Part shown: positions 41,577-55,327 of the stretch, in pieces
Layout of the letters: each line of letters begins with the position of its first letter
Position numbering within the stretch: the stretch's first letter is position 1
Assembly (NCBI GenBank): GCA_951406725.2
Contig: OX597826.1
Span: 74,958,001-75,022,000 of the forward strand
Direction: 5' to 3'
DNA: 64,000 nt
DNA from: Octopus vulgaris
Lineage: Eukaryota
Program-made: the position numbers and the translations under genes
Notes under the pieces: model-generated
The model's database searches: none
What the model was told of the DNA's origin: nothing
Seen by the model: the letters and a program-made list of their open reading frames with translations, nothing else

Positions 41577-42077
41577 ATAATAATAATGAAATTATTGTAT
41601 ACGGTGCTCAGGTGCACCACAGCTTGTCAAAAGTGCGTATAAAGCACATGTAGTAATGTACAAATGTCTGGAAAGCGAACAATGTATGAGTCAGATACAT
41701 GCTTGCATGTGTCTGGAGAGGAGAAAATCAGGTGTAGTGTTGGCGAATCTCAGGAAGCATGGAAGTTTTGAAGGATGCAGTGCTCCGACAACTAACAACT
41801 GATGCTGGCAGTTTGCTCCATGCTTCAGCAACTCTTAGCCTGGAAAAATGTTTCGAAAAGTCATGGGAGCTGTGCTGTTTTCTGACTTTGTAAACATGTC
41901 CACGGGTGTTAGACGGGTGGATTTTGAAGAGGTGCTCAGAGTTATTGTTTGTGCGATGGTTGATAATTTTATGGGTGTCTGCCAAGTCAGCTGCCAGACG
42001 TCAGAGTTTCAATGTATCCATACCCAGGGAAGTAAGGCTTTCAGAATATGGCAAATGCCTGATGGAGGGTATTCCTT
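41577..42077 (-). mobile_element. CR1-group LINE 3' fragment (second copy) inserted in a SINE
   Basis: NTRGHVYKVRK..RVAEAWSKLP; highly similar to 32555-33060; CTATAAT is duplicated on both sides (41570, 42078). Confidence 0.85.
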
Positions 42078-42243
42078 CTATAATAGGAAACACTTGCAAA
42101 AGGTACCATGTTGTGGTATCTTCATTACAAGACAGCTTCAAGGGAAATGTTGAATGTTCAAGAGAGATGTTACTTCAAAAGGAAACAAAATAAGAACTTG
42201 TTCATTATGTTTCTGGATCTGTTGGATGGTTTTGATTCTTCTC

Positions 42244-42639
42244 TCTTTTTACTCTTTTACTCTTTTACTTGTTTCAGTCATTTGACTGTGGCCATGCTGG
42301 AGCACCACCTTTAGTCTACCAAATCAACCCCAGGACTTATTCTTTGTAAGCCTAGTACTTATTCTATCAGTCTCTTTTGCCGAACCGCTAGGTTACAGGG
42401 ACATAAACACACCAGCATCGGTTAACAAGCGATGTTGGGGGGACAAACACAGACACACAAACACACACATACATATATACAACGGGCTTCTTTCAGTTTC
42501 CGTCTACCAAATCCACTCACAAGGCTTTGGTCAGCCTGAGGCTATAGTAGAAGACACTTGCCCAAGGTGACATGCAGTGGGACTGAACCCAGAAACATGT
42601 GGTTCGTTAGCAAGCTACTTACCACACAGCTACTCCTAT
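42244..42639 (-). mobile_element. SINE family A
   Basis: Full-length reverse copy with a (TTTTACTC)n tail. Confidence 0.85.
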
Positions 42640-43155
42640 TCTTTGTAAATTTGGTTGCCTACTCAACTTTGTGAATCTTTTTACACAGGGATGACGGTTT
42701 AATTTTTTACGGGGCAAAAATCTGAGCCTTTCAAGAGTTAGGTAAGGCATTGTTTAATATATTCCTCTTATAATACATCAACATCATCATCATCATCACT
42801 ACCACCGTCTTCCTCCTCCACCACCACCACCACCACCACCACCACCATCATCATCATCGTTTAACATCCATTTTCCATGCTGAAATAGGTCAGACGGTTT
42901 GACCAGAGCTGGCCAGCCAGGGAGCTCACCAGACTTCAAATGTCTGTAGCGACATGGTTTCTATGGTCAGCTGCCCTTCCTAATGCCAACCACTTCACAG
43001 TGTGTACCAGGTGGATTTTATGTGCCAAGGGCAAGAGTGCATTTACACAGCATGAATGCATTTTATGGGGCACCTGTGAAGGACAAGCCTGTATGTATGG
43101 ATGACAACAATTCTACCTAGTTTGACACATTTAATATTACACTGTGGTGTTATTT

Positions 43156-43390
43156 ACAGGGTGTCCACAAAGCACCTTTACATCATCATCGTTTAACAAT
43201 TTTAAAAATTCAGAAAAAAATGAAAAATAGGAAAAAATCAGCAGAAAAACTATGCAAGACATAGGCATACAAGTAAGGTTTTATTACAAACATCAGAATA
43301 CTTCTGCATGGGCTCCATTGATGGCATGCAACACATCTCTGGACAAATACATTGTGGAAGTTGTAAAGATAATTTATGGACACCCAGCAT
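43156..43390. mobile_element. Tc1/mariner-type MITE
   Basis: Imperfect TIRs TACAGGGTGTCCACAAA / TTTATGGACACCCAGCA. Confidence 0.5.
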
Positions 43391-43499
43391 ATTTAAATAC
43401 ACATTGTTCTGTAAATATATATATTCAGCTGTGTTGCTTGTTTCGAGTAAGCTTTGGTGTTCTGCTGTGCAGAAGCATATTAAAAATAAATGTATAGAA

Positions 43500-43862
43500 A
43501 TAGGAGTGGTTGTGTGGTAAGTAGCTTGCTTACGAACCACATGGTTCCAGGTTCAATCTCACTGCATGGCACCTTGGGCAAATGTCTTCTACTATAACCT
43601 TGGGCCGGCCAAAACTTTGTGAGTGGATTTGGTAGACAGAAACTGAAAGAAGCCCATAGTATATATGTATATATATGCTTGTGTGTATATGTTTGTGTGT
43701 CCGTATTTGTCCCCCTAGCATTGCTTGACAACCGATGCTGGTGTGTTTACTTCCCCGTGACTTAGCGGTTCGGCAAAAGAGACTGATAGAATAAGTACTC
43801 GGCTTACAAAGAATAAGTCTTGGGGGTCGATTTGGTCGGCTAAAGGCGGTTCTCCAGCATGG
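43500..43862 (+). mobile_element. SINE family A
   Basis: Near full-length copy. Confidence 0.85.
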
Positions 43863-45469
43863 ACAATGGATGTTAGATGGTGATGATGATGATGATGGTG
43901 ATGAACATGAACACATGGCAAACATGAACACACTTCACCAGAGGTAATGTTTGCTATTTTATACATAGAAACAGAAGTTCCAGCCAAGCTCTGAACGACT
44001 GAGGCACCCCTGAGGAGGGGAAATCATACCAAAACATAGTGTCAGGTAGTCTGCTAACATCTTTCGGAATTCAACTCGATGCGTTTTTGGGAGTCTTACT
44101 GCAAGAAATTTTTCTCCAAGACAAAATCCCACATTGAACGGTTTCCATGTTTCTAGTGTGTGGAAACAGACATGAATAAATTACCACATTTATACGCGCG
44201 TATGCGCATGCGTGGGTGTGCGTTGCGCGTGCATATAGTACTGGATATGAGCTAAAATGCTCATCTCTTCTCAGTTAAGCCAGCTCTTTAAATAACTCTT
44301 TAAGAATGGTTTTCGTGCGTCTAAAGATTGCAGGATTATCTCCCTTACACGTAATTTGTTCAGATTCGTCTCCCCTTAATAAGTTTCCAATTTAACTCTT
44401 GCGAATTATAACCGAAGTTAAACCACCACTAACAACAACACCATCACTTCTTCCACCATAATGATGATGATGATGATGATGATGATGATACAGATCCTCT
44501 TTATCGTCTGTTAACCAATCGACTGACTTTTGAATGTGTTAAATGCCTCGGTTGGCACACTACAAATCTCATCTCATCACCAGTGTTTTTACACATCTAC
44601 ACGTATTACATATTTTACACACACACACACGCACACACGCACACACACACACACAGAGGCGCAGACCATGGTTGTGTGTAAGAAGTTTGCTTTCCAACCA
44701 CATGGTTCTAGGTCCAGTCTCCCGGCATCGCACCAGGGACAAATGTCTCCAACTATAACCACAGGCCAACCAAATCCTTCTGAGCAGATTTGATAGATGG
44801 AAACTGAAAGAAGTCTGCTATCTATACATATAATATATATATCATCATCATCATCATCATCGTCGTCATCGTCGTTGTTGTCGCTTAACATCCGCTTTCC
44901 ATGCTGGCATGGTTTGGACGGTTTGATTGAGAACTGGTTAGCTAGGCAGCTGCACCTGGCCCCAATCTGATTTGGCAAGGTTTCTACAGCTTGATGCCCT
45001 TCCTAACACTCTGAGAGTGTGGTGGGTACTTTTTACATAACACCAGTACAGATGCCAGTCAGGCAGCACTGGCTTCGGTTATGCTCGAATGGTGCTTTTT
45101 ACGTGCTGTGCATGTATGTATGTCATTGTGTCTGAGTTTGTCCCTCACCACCGCTTGGTAGCTGGTGTTGGTGTGTTTACATCCCTGTAACTTAGCAGTT
45201 CTACAAAAGAGACTGACAGAATAAGTACCAGGCTTTAAAAAAGAATCGAATATTGGGGTCAATTCATTCGACAAAAATATTTATATGATGGGCTTCATTC
45301 AGTTTCCATCTACCAAATCCATTTACAATGCTTTGGTCAGCTCAAGGCTGTAGTAAAAAACGCTTACCCAAGGAGCCATGCGGTGGAACTGAACCCAGAC
45401 TCATGAGGTTGGGAAGCAAAGTTCTTACCACACAGCCATGCCTGTACCCATAATATACACTTTTTTTTG

Positions 45470-45705
45470 TTCACTCTTTTATTTGTTTCAGTCATTTGAC
45501 TGCGGCCATGCTGCAGCACCACCTTTAGTTGAATAAATCGACCCCAGGACTTATTCTTTGTAAGCCTAGTACTTATTCTATCATTATCTTTTGCTGAACC
45601 CGCCAAGCTATGAGGGATGTAAACACACCAGCATCAGTTGTCAAGCGATGGTGGTGGTGGTGGTGATGGTGGGGGGGACAAACACAGACACACAAACATA
45701 TACAT

Positions 45706-45738
<33 letters not shown>

Positions 45739-45910
45739 TATGTATATATACAACGGGCTTCTTTTAGTTTCCGTCTACCAAACCTACTCACAAGGCTTTG
45801 ATTGGCCGGAGGCTATAGTGCAAGACACTTGCTCAAGGTGCCATGCAGTGGGACTGAACCCGGAACCATGTGATTGGTAAGCAAGCTACTTACTCCACAG
45901 CCACTCCTGA
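45470..45910 (-). mobile_element. SINE family A
   Basis: Full-length reverse copy. Confidence 0.85.
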
Positions 45911-46019
45911 GTCTATATAGAACTTCTTTTTTTTTTATTTAGTTACAGTTTTGTAACAATTTTTAAAAAGTGACATTTCGGTAGGGCCATTTGCACATGA
46001 GACAGAATTCTACTTTGAG

Positions 46020-46456
46020 GAGGTAGAGGAGACGAGGAAGGGAGGAGGAGGAGGTGGAGATGAGGAACGAGGAGGAGGTGGAGGAGATGAGGAGGAGGAG
46101 AAGGGGTGGAGATGAGGAGGAGGAGAAGGGGTGGAGATGAGGAAGGAGGAGGAGGTGGAGGAGATGATGAGGAGGAGGAGAAGGGGTGGAGATGAGGAGG
46201 AGGAGAAGGGGTGGAGATGAAGAGGAGGAGAAGGGGTGGAGATGAAGGGGAGGAGAAGGGGTGGAGATGAGGAGGAGGAGAAGGGGTGGAGATGAGGAGG
46301 AGGAGAAGGGGTGGAGATGAGGAGGAGGAGAAGGGGTGGAGATGAGGAGGAGGAGAAGGGTGGAGATGAGGAGGAGTGGAGATAAAGAGGAGGAGAAGGG
46401 GTGGAGATGAGGAGGAGGAGAAGGGTGGAGATGAGGAGGAGGAGGAGGAGGAGGGG
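46020..46456. repeat. Purine-rich 25-bp minisatellite (AAGGGGTGGAGATGAGGAGGAGGAG)n
   Basis: About 14 units with variants. Confidence 0.9.
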
Positions 46457-47753
46457 GCCTTGTCTCTGGTGTCCCTTGTCACAGAGGCTACCACTGAAAC
46501 TTACGTCAGCAAACCACTCTCACCACGTCCACCATCAATAATATCCAACTTATTCAAAATGATTTCTTCATTGTCCATCATCCATTTCCCCCATCATTTC
46601 CTTGTCCCAAAACTTGAATGGGCTGCAACTTACACCAGATTTTGATGCTGCTCATAAACCGTGATCTCAATCTCTCTCTCTCTCTCTTCCCCTTCTCTCT
46701 CTCCCCCCTCCCATCCATGCTTGGATTTCATAGCAATTTGCCCCAGGAACTGAAGACAGCACTACAATTAATAATAAAACAGCTGCCCATGGCACAGGGC
46801 ATTTGCTATCTGCAGCAGTGAATTGTACTTCTTAGAAGGAGGAGCTGCATGGCTCAGTGGTTTGAGCGTTAGGCTCGCAATCATGAGGTAGTGAGTTCCA
46901 TTCCCAGACCGGGCTGTGTGTTGTGTTCTCGAGCAAGACAATTTATTTCACGTGGCTCCAATTCACTCAGCTGTAGAAATAAGTTGCGATGTCACTGGTG
47001 CCAAGCTGTATCGGCCCTTTTGCCTTTCCCTTGGATAACATCTGTGGCACAGAGACGGGAGGTTGGTGTGCACTGGCAACTGTTGGTCTTCCATAAACAT
47101 CCTTGCCCCCGGACTTGTGCTTCAGAGTGTAACTTTCTAGGGATAATCCCATGGTCATTCATGACTGAAAGGGGGTCTTTACCTTTTCTTTTTTTACTGT
47201 GGTGAGTTAAGTGTATTAAATAAAAGCACAGAGAAGAAAACCAAGGAATGCTAACAGGGGCATAACCAGGGTCTAAAGTTAGGGAGAGTAAGCACATAAT
47301 AAAAAAAAGGCACCATGACACATACAAAACAATTTTAAACTCATTGATTATACATTTTATAAAAGGCCCCAATTTTCAAAAATGTGCTCAGGAGAACAGT
47401 GACCTCCTTGGTTCCCCTATTATCTATGACACTGAATTTTGAGAGTATTGAACCATCTTGTTACCATATTTCTGCTGAAATACACTGCTTTTACAGTACC
47501 AGTGAAATTCTGGGGGTCAATATAATTAACTAGTCCCCAAAACTTCAGGCCTTGTGCCTATAATAGAAAGGATTATTAAGTTGGTATTTGGACACATAAA
47601 TTAACCTTAAAATTTGAAGGGAAGTTTTAATTTAGATCACAGTAAAATAGGGAGTTTATATCAAGGGTTGTCTCAGGTGGGTTGTTATCAGAAGGGACAC
47701 GCTGTATTAAACCAGGTAAGTGTACTGATCAAGGATACACTGTATTAAATTAG

Positions 47754-48160
47754 ACAGCAAGACTGGGTTCCTACAGCCGGTCTTCGTCATTGCCTGAATC
47801 TCCGGCCCCTCCCTTCGGTGCTTCTACAACGGTGCTTAAGGTGGTTTGGTCATGCAGCCTGGCATCTAGAGGGTGAGCTGATTCGCGATGTCCTCTTCCC
47901 ACCTCCTCTTCCCAACTGGCGCAAACGCACGGGCGGGCAGCTGAAGACCTGGACAACAATGATAAAGGAGGACCTTTCCAAACTCTCAGGTCTGTAGGTG
48001 GTCGGTCTGCGCAGATGGAACTGCGAATGGCTCGCTATCTCCAGTGACCTCGCACAGGACCGTCGAGCGTGGGCCACTATAGTTCGTGATGCCGTCAGGA
48101 CCAGAGAAGAAGCTGGCTCAACCCACCCTGGGTGAATGCCGTCACAAGTACAAGTACAAG
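47754..48160 (+). mobile_element. Young 5'-truncated RTE LINE with (CAAGTA)n tail and 13-bp TSD
   Basis: TWTTMIKEDL...WLAISSDLAQDRRAWATIVRDA; perfect TSD TGTATTAAATTAG at 47741-47753 and 48161-48173; CpG-rich. Confidence 0.9.
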
Positions 48161-48619
48161 TGTATTAAATTAGGGAAAGATAAGTGTATATGTTTCAAGG
48201 ATATAGTCTACTAAACTAGGGAGAAATAAGCGTATTGACTGGTGACACAGTGTACCATAGCAGGAGAGATAAAGTATTTTGGTCAGTTACACAGTGTATT
48301 GTATCAAACCAGAGAGGTAAAAGTGTATTGAATAAGGACACAGTGGATTAAACCAGTGAACTATAAGTGTATTGACTGATGACACAGTGTACTAGATCAG
48401 GAAAGGTAAACATATTGATCAGAGATGCTGTTTATTATATGAATGCTATGAGAGCTCAATGTATTGACCAAGGACTCTGTCAAATAAACCAGAAAGAGAT
48501 AAGGGTATTGATCAAGATACAGTGTTCTAAGCTTGGGAGAGGTAAGTCTATTGACCTTTCTCGCCTGTGTCAAGGACATTTGCATAATCAAAGGAAAATT
48601 AACTGAAAAGACAGCTTTC

Positions 48620-49785
48620 ATGTGAGGCAGATGCACAGGGGCTATAGACACCATAGATACTCAGAAAACAGATTCCAACACACTCCTGGGGGAGAAACTA
48701 GAAGTAGTTGATAGTTTTCGCTACCTAGGTGACCAAGTTAGTAGTGGGGGTGGATGCTCCTCAGAGAGTGTTACCACTAGAATAAGAATAGCCTAGGCAG
48801 AGTTTAGAAAGCTCCTACCCCTACGGGTGACAAAGGGTCTCTCGCTCAGAGTGAAAGGTAGATTGTACGATGCATGTGTGTGAACTGCCATGCTTCACGG
48901 TAGTGAAACATGGGCTGTGACTGCGGAGGACATGCGTAGACTTGAAAGAAATGAAGCTAGCATGATCCGCTGGATGTATAATGTCAGTGTAAGTGCCTTG
49001 AGAGAAATGCTGGACATATGAAGCACTGGATGTGGCGTGCAAGAGAGACGTCTGCACTGGTATGGTCATGTACTATGGGTGGATAAGGAGAGATATGTGG
49101 AGAAGTGCCACCCCCAAACAGTTGAAGGAATCTGGGGTAGAAGTAGACCCAGGAAGATATGGGATGAGGTGGTCAAGCAAGACCTTCGAACATTGGGTCT
49201 CACAGAGGCAATGACGAAAGACCAAGACCTCTGGAGGTATGCTGTGACTGTGAAGACCCGACAAATAACGTGAGTTCATGGCTGCTTCCTGCACCAGCTT
49301 CACATAGAAGTCCCAGCCCAGCCAAAGTACCTTGGATTGCAGGATGGCCTGCTGTGCTTACCTTGGATCGTAGGGCGACCTGCTGTGCTTGAGGAGACCT
49401 ATTGAGTCAAGTACATCAACATCAAAAAATCAAATGGAAATTGTAGTTGTGATACCTGTGCCGGTGGCACGTAAAAAGCACCATCCGAACGTGGCTGATG
49501 CCAGCGCACCTTGACTGGCTTCCATTTCGGTAGCACATAAAATGCACCAACCGATCATGGCCATTGCCAGCCTCCCCTGGCACCTGTGCAGGTGGCAAGT
49601 AAAAAGCACCCACTACACTCACGGAGTGTTTGGCGTTAGGAAGGACATCCAGCTGTAGAAACACTGCCAGATCAGACTGGAGCCTGGTACAGCCTCCTGG
49701 TGTCTCAGACCCCAGTCGAACCATCCAACCCATACCAACATGGAAAATGGACGTTAAACGGTGATGATGATGATGATGATGATGA
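48620..49785 (+). mobile_element. RTE-clade LINE 3' portion with 3' UTR and (GAT)n tail
   Basis: LEVVDSFRYLG, KGRLYDACV..AMLHGSETWAV, RRLHWYGHV and GRSRPRKIWDEVV motifs; the tail is shared with many short repeats in the window. Confidence 0.85.
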
Positions 49786-50577
49786 AAAGGATTGGAACAG
49801 GGTCCTAGGCTCCGTACACGGAAGGTAGAAGAGAGGCTGTTCACCTTCCCCAAGTCTTCCTCCAAAGTACTTCATAGCCATTTCAAGAGAGCAGAATTCT
49901 GACAATTCCAACATAATAACAAACCATTAAAAAGCATGCTTACAGATTTCACACAAATGACGTCCACACGAAAGGATTGTCATAACATTTTATTATTGTT
50001 ATTATTTTTTTAAATATAATTTTGATATTTATATTTTTATTTATACTTTAAATCTACAGAAGCTGACAATATTAACAAAAACAAAAACATCTATTATTTT
50101 TATTATAAGTTTACACCAAGCTGAAGTGCCGATAGGTTAGTGCACATTTGAGTGAAGTATCACACAGTTTGTTTTACATAAATGAATGACATTAGTCCAT
50201 TGAATGAAATGCTGAGCTGGGATGAGGTGAAGATCCAATATACAATGAACATACGAGAAAAAGAGAGAAAAAAAAAACAACAGAAAAAAACAAAAACAAA
50301 TAAACATAAATACTTATTATTCGGTGGTGAGTTTTTGTTTTTTTTTTAAATTAAGACACCATGCCTCTTTCAAACTCTCATTTTTTTTTTTTTTTTTATC
50401 ACAGCAGTAAAATAGTCTGAGAATGTCAACAATTCTAGCTATTCTTCGTCAGAGATCTTAAAAGAAAATTTTTTTTTTCCCAAAATGTAAAAAAATCTTT
50501 CTTAAATGTACGGATATTACTGATATTCTACCAATTTTAAATAAATACTAATTATCGCAGAATAACTTTCCTTCTCA

Positions 50578-50614
<37 letters not shown>

Positions 50615-50624
50615 CATATATATA

Positions 50625-50660
<36 letters not shown>

Positions 50661-50801
50661 TGTATGTATATATATATATACACACACACATACATACATA
50701 CATGCATACATATATATATACATATATATATACATATACATATAGATATATGTATATGTGTGTGCATACATGTGTATGTATACATACGTACATACAAACA
50801 T

Positions 50802-50838
<37 letters not shown>

Positions 50839-50944
50839 CATACATATATATATACATATATATACATACATATATATATACATATATATATATGTATATA
50901 TATTTATATGCATATATATTTATATGCATATATATATACAAGTA

Positions 50945-50988
<44 letters not shown>

Positions 50989-51283
50989 CACACACATATA
51001 CACACACATGCACACACACAGAATATAAAGACAAATGTGAGAAGAAGCAATATATATATATATATATATGACAAAAAAAAAAACAACACAATTATCGTGG
51101 TTTATATAACCTTCTTTTCACACACCAATAAGTCAAGTCACATGACCATCATTTCAAAAGTGGATTATATTAATCAATATTTTAATCAATATCTAGGTTA
51201 CAGTTTGTTTTCATGATAAACTTTTTTTTTTTACTATTTCATTTTGTTACTCGCCTTATTTATTTTGTCGTTATTATTATTAC

Positions 51284-51326
<43 letters not shown>

Positions 51327-51778
51327 TTGCCTCTTTTTTTTTTCTTTATCGAAAGGCCTCACATTATTCTGCATTCACGACATCTAACAAACCTAACCAA
51401 ATGACTTTTCTTTCAGCAATAATACTAAGTAGTTACAGCATATTTTGTATTTTTAATCTACTAATTATTATTCGTTACTCAGTCTTTTGTTGGCTTTCAT
51501 CTTTGGCAATAATTATTAGGTTTCAGCAATGATGATGATGCTGAAGATAAAAACTGTTACAATGACACCCATTATCTGGTCCTCGCTAATTCACTTCGTT
51601 ATATATCACAGTATATTATATCTGGTGCACTGCTCTCAGCTGTGTGTGGGTATGTAAGTGTGAGAGTGTAAGAATGTATGTATATGTGTGTGTGTGTGTG
51701 TGTGTGTTTAAATATAAACAAATGCATACAATCATACATGAGGTCATAAGTATGGATACGTTTATACACACATTCATG

Positions 51779-51825
<47 letters not shown>

Positions 51826-53331
51826 TGTATGTATGTATGTATGTATGTATTTTTTTATATATATATGTGTGTGTGTGCATGTATACATGTGTGCATGTGT
51901 ACATGTGTGTATGTGTGTGTGTTCTTTATAAATTCATTTTATAAAAGAATAAAAGAATATATATATATATGTATGTATGTATTTATGTATGTGTTTTTTG
52001 TGTGTATATGTATGTGTGTGTGTATATATATATATATACATACATACATACATACATATATACATATATATATACACACACACATGTATGTATGTATACA
52101 TATGCACACATAGAGTATACATATAATGGCTCAGTCGGTGGAGAAAGAGCAGAGCCCATTACCATTTTCAAGGTGTCTCAGAATCTAGAAGGTACAATTT
52201 ATCCTCAGACCAGAAACCAAACTCCACCAGAGTGGATCCTGCTAAAAGCACCCAAGGGTTGGATCAATTTGTCCCTCATGTATGGGAACAGTCTTTCAGA
52301 TGGGCCTCCACACAGTTTTTATTAACCAAATTTCACTCAAAAGGTCTTTTATTCAACCCCTGACTATGATAGAGAATGCATTTGCCCGGAGCGCAGTTCA
52401 CTGCAGAGCAGTGGGATTGAACTGGAACCAGCCAGTAGTGAAACAAGCCACTTTAACCACACAGCTATTCCTATGTCAATGTGAAGATGTATCAGGAATA
52501 ACTAACTGTAGACATGTCAAGAATTATAAATAACAGTGGCTCATTGCTAAAATTCTCTCATATCAGGAATTATAAATAATTCCTCATTGCTAAATCTTTC
52601 TTAACTTTGCCAAATCTGTTTGACAAGAACCTTTGTTTCTGTTTCAGAAAAAATGTATCAGTTTGTAGCAGTGATTTGAAACTGAACCACTAGATGACCA
52701 TTCAGACATCATGACCGAACTACAGCAATTTAAAACACTCACAACGAGTTCATTAATTGACTGTAAATTAGTGCTCAACACATCATAAATACTATCCATC
52801 TATAATGCCAGGCCTTGGAATGGAATCCCTTTCTCAAATGTTAAAAATATTCCAGCAGACTGCTCCCTTACATACTATACACATACACAAACACACACCA
52901 ACATTGTGAAACCTTTATATTGCTCTCTGGACCCTTTCCTTTGTCTCCTGTCTTCAGCTCTCACTATGATTTCCAACTCACCTTCCACAAACTGGCCCCC
53001 TCAAAGCCACTTTCAATTAAATATGTAACCCTTACTTCCTTTCTCCAAAAATCTCTCCATTCATCTTACACTTATGGAATTCATCTCTGCCACAGATTCA
53101 CCCAGGTTTTGATTCAGTCAGCGTTTTCTACAAATATCTTACATACAGTGAAGCATGGTACCATACCAGACTAACCGAATTCCATTGATATCTGGCTGTT
53201 ACTCTCTCTCTCTCCCTGCTATCACTAAAGACTTCTTACTCTTTAATTTAGAAAGGTCAATACATATATTATTCTTCAGATATAGAAAGCTATGGGCTCA
53301 GCCTTCAATTCTTTAGAGTATGATTGAGAGA

Positions 53332-53386
<55 letters not shown>

Positions 53387-54339
53387 CCTTGAAAGAAACA
53401 TTGTTCTTTGTAAATTTATTTTATGTTTTTGTTCCTTCAGCTTTCTTGATTTGATTTTTATTTGCAAAACTTTTTTCCAAACTGATAAAAATCCACCAAG
53501 GTTTATTTTTGGAAATCTAATTGAAAAAAACTAACAGGAAGCAATTTTGATTTTATGGTTAAAAACCATCAGTTTCTTTGAAGAATTCACAAGCTCAAAT
53601 TAATTCTGTCTTGTTCTAAGTTAAAAATATATATATGAACAAACAAAAAAATCATTGTTTGATATTCAGGAGAGAATGAAAAAAAATAAACAATCTACAA
53701 AAATTGGAGGAAATGTCTAAATTGGTCCAGTAACAGATATATTTTCAGAGCATCATTCAACCATGAAGGAACAGGAAAATGGCCCTATTTTAGAAAAACA
53801 GTACAACACAATGAGCTGTGTCGAGCAAACAAACCATCCAAAACCATTACAGAAGAACCATAATGGCCAAGCAGTCATGCAAGGGGCAAATTGACAGATA
53901 TAATGAACCACAGTGCTAAATGGAGATTACTATCTGTATTGGCCATAAGTGGAATCAAAAGATTATAGTATTTTCTAATTAAACTGTGACAGTTATTACC
54001 TGGTTATTTTCTTACTTTTTTTTTACTTTTGTTTGATGTTATAACTTCGCAGTCCCAATCAGCCATGCATAATTCATTTCTTGAGCTCAGACTCTAAAAC
54101 CTCTCTAATTCACTTCTGCTTTCCTTTCGTAACATAAATGTTAAACACCTGTAACATTCCTGTGAATTGCACCCTCCCATCCACCCCGTACCATTTCAAT
54201 GTCTTTGGCACCAACATACCTGTCTCAGTTGAGATTTCTAATATACTTGGTCCCACCATCACTGAGACACATTCTTTGATTTGTAAAATCCGAGCAGCAC
54301 CACCTAGTTTTTAACCTTGCTATGATATCAGACTTCTTC

Positions 54340-54610
54340 AGTTCTATATTTAAGAGATGAGGAATTATTCACATTATTTACATTTGATGGATATTTGTCC
54401 TCATCTTGTTTGTTGTTAACACAACGTTTTGGCTGATATATGCTCCAACCTTCATCAAGTGTCTTGGGGAAATTTCGAACCTGGGTTCTCATTCCCCAAT
54501 ACACCTGATGAAGGCTGGAGGGTATATCAGCCAAAATGTTGTGTTAACAACAAACAAGATGAGGACAAATATCCATCAATTGTAAATAATATAAATAATG
54601 TAAATAATGT
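54340..54610. mobile_element. Penelope-like inverted-arm element (family 2), both hammerheads degenerate
   Basis: Inverted arms around 54480; GAAA is changed to AAAA in both ribozyme copies. Confidence 0.65.
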
Positions 54611-55098
54611 ATTGGGTTTCTTGTTTGTTACTTTGAAAGGGTATCTCAATTACTTTAGAAATACCCACCTCAATATAGCAGTACTATAATAGTAACCTGG
54701 TCATAACAGATGCACTATCGTCAATAATAATTAGTCATTCTTTAGTCATTTTAATGTCAAAAAAGAAACATAAGAAGTATTTAACATCATTGGTTTCAAA
54801 TTTTGGCACAAGGCCAGCAGTTTCAGGATATAAGGTAAATCAACCTCATCAGTGCATAACTGGTACTTACTTTATCAACCCCGAAAGGATGAACGGCAAA
54901 GTCGACCTTGGCAGAATTTGAACTCAGAACATAAAGACAAATGAAATACTGTTAAAGCATTTTGCCCATCAGGCTAACGATTCTTCCGACTTGCCACCTT
55001 CATATTTAATCACATTGACAATTGTAATTACATTTTGCTGCTTTTTTTAAATGAAGAATCTTTTCACTCTTGATATTTCCTTTATTAAGTAACTTCAT

Positions 55099-55327
55099 TT
55101 AACCCTTTAGCATTTAAACCGGCCATATCCGGCCAAAAGTATTCTGCCTGTTTTATGTTCAGCATGGCCAGATCTGGTCTCTCACACCAGCCCTACAATA
55201 TCATTTTAAAAATTAGCAGTTACCTCATCAAAATCTCATTGCACCAAGATAATTCATGATTAGTTCAAAACAATTTGGATGAAAAAGGATTAATTTTGGC
55301 AGAATAATGTGAACACTAAAGAGTTAA
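55099..55327. mobile_element. piggyBac-like MITE
   Basis: TTAA|CCCTTTAG ... CTAAAGAG|TTAA termini. Confidence 0.7.

Noticed and set aside
42689-42741. Plus-strand exon-like segment with good acceptor and GTAAGG donor
   Set aside because: All three frames contain stops and no partner exons were found; at most non-coding.
47695-48555. Regularly spaced repeats suggestive of a CRISPR array
   Set aside because: Eukaryotic context, degenerate tandem units without unique spacers, no cas genes.
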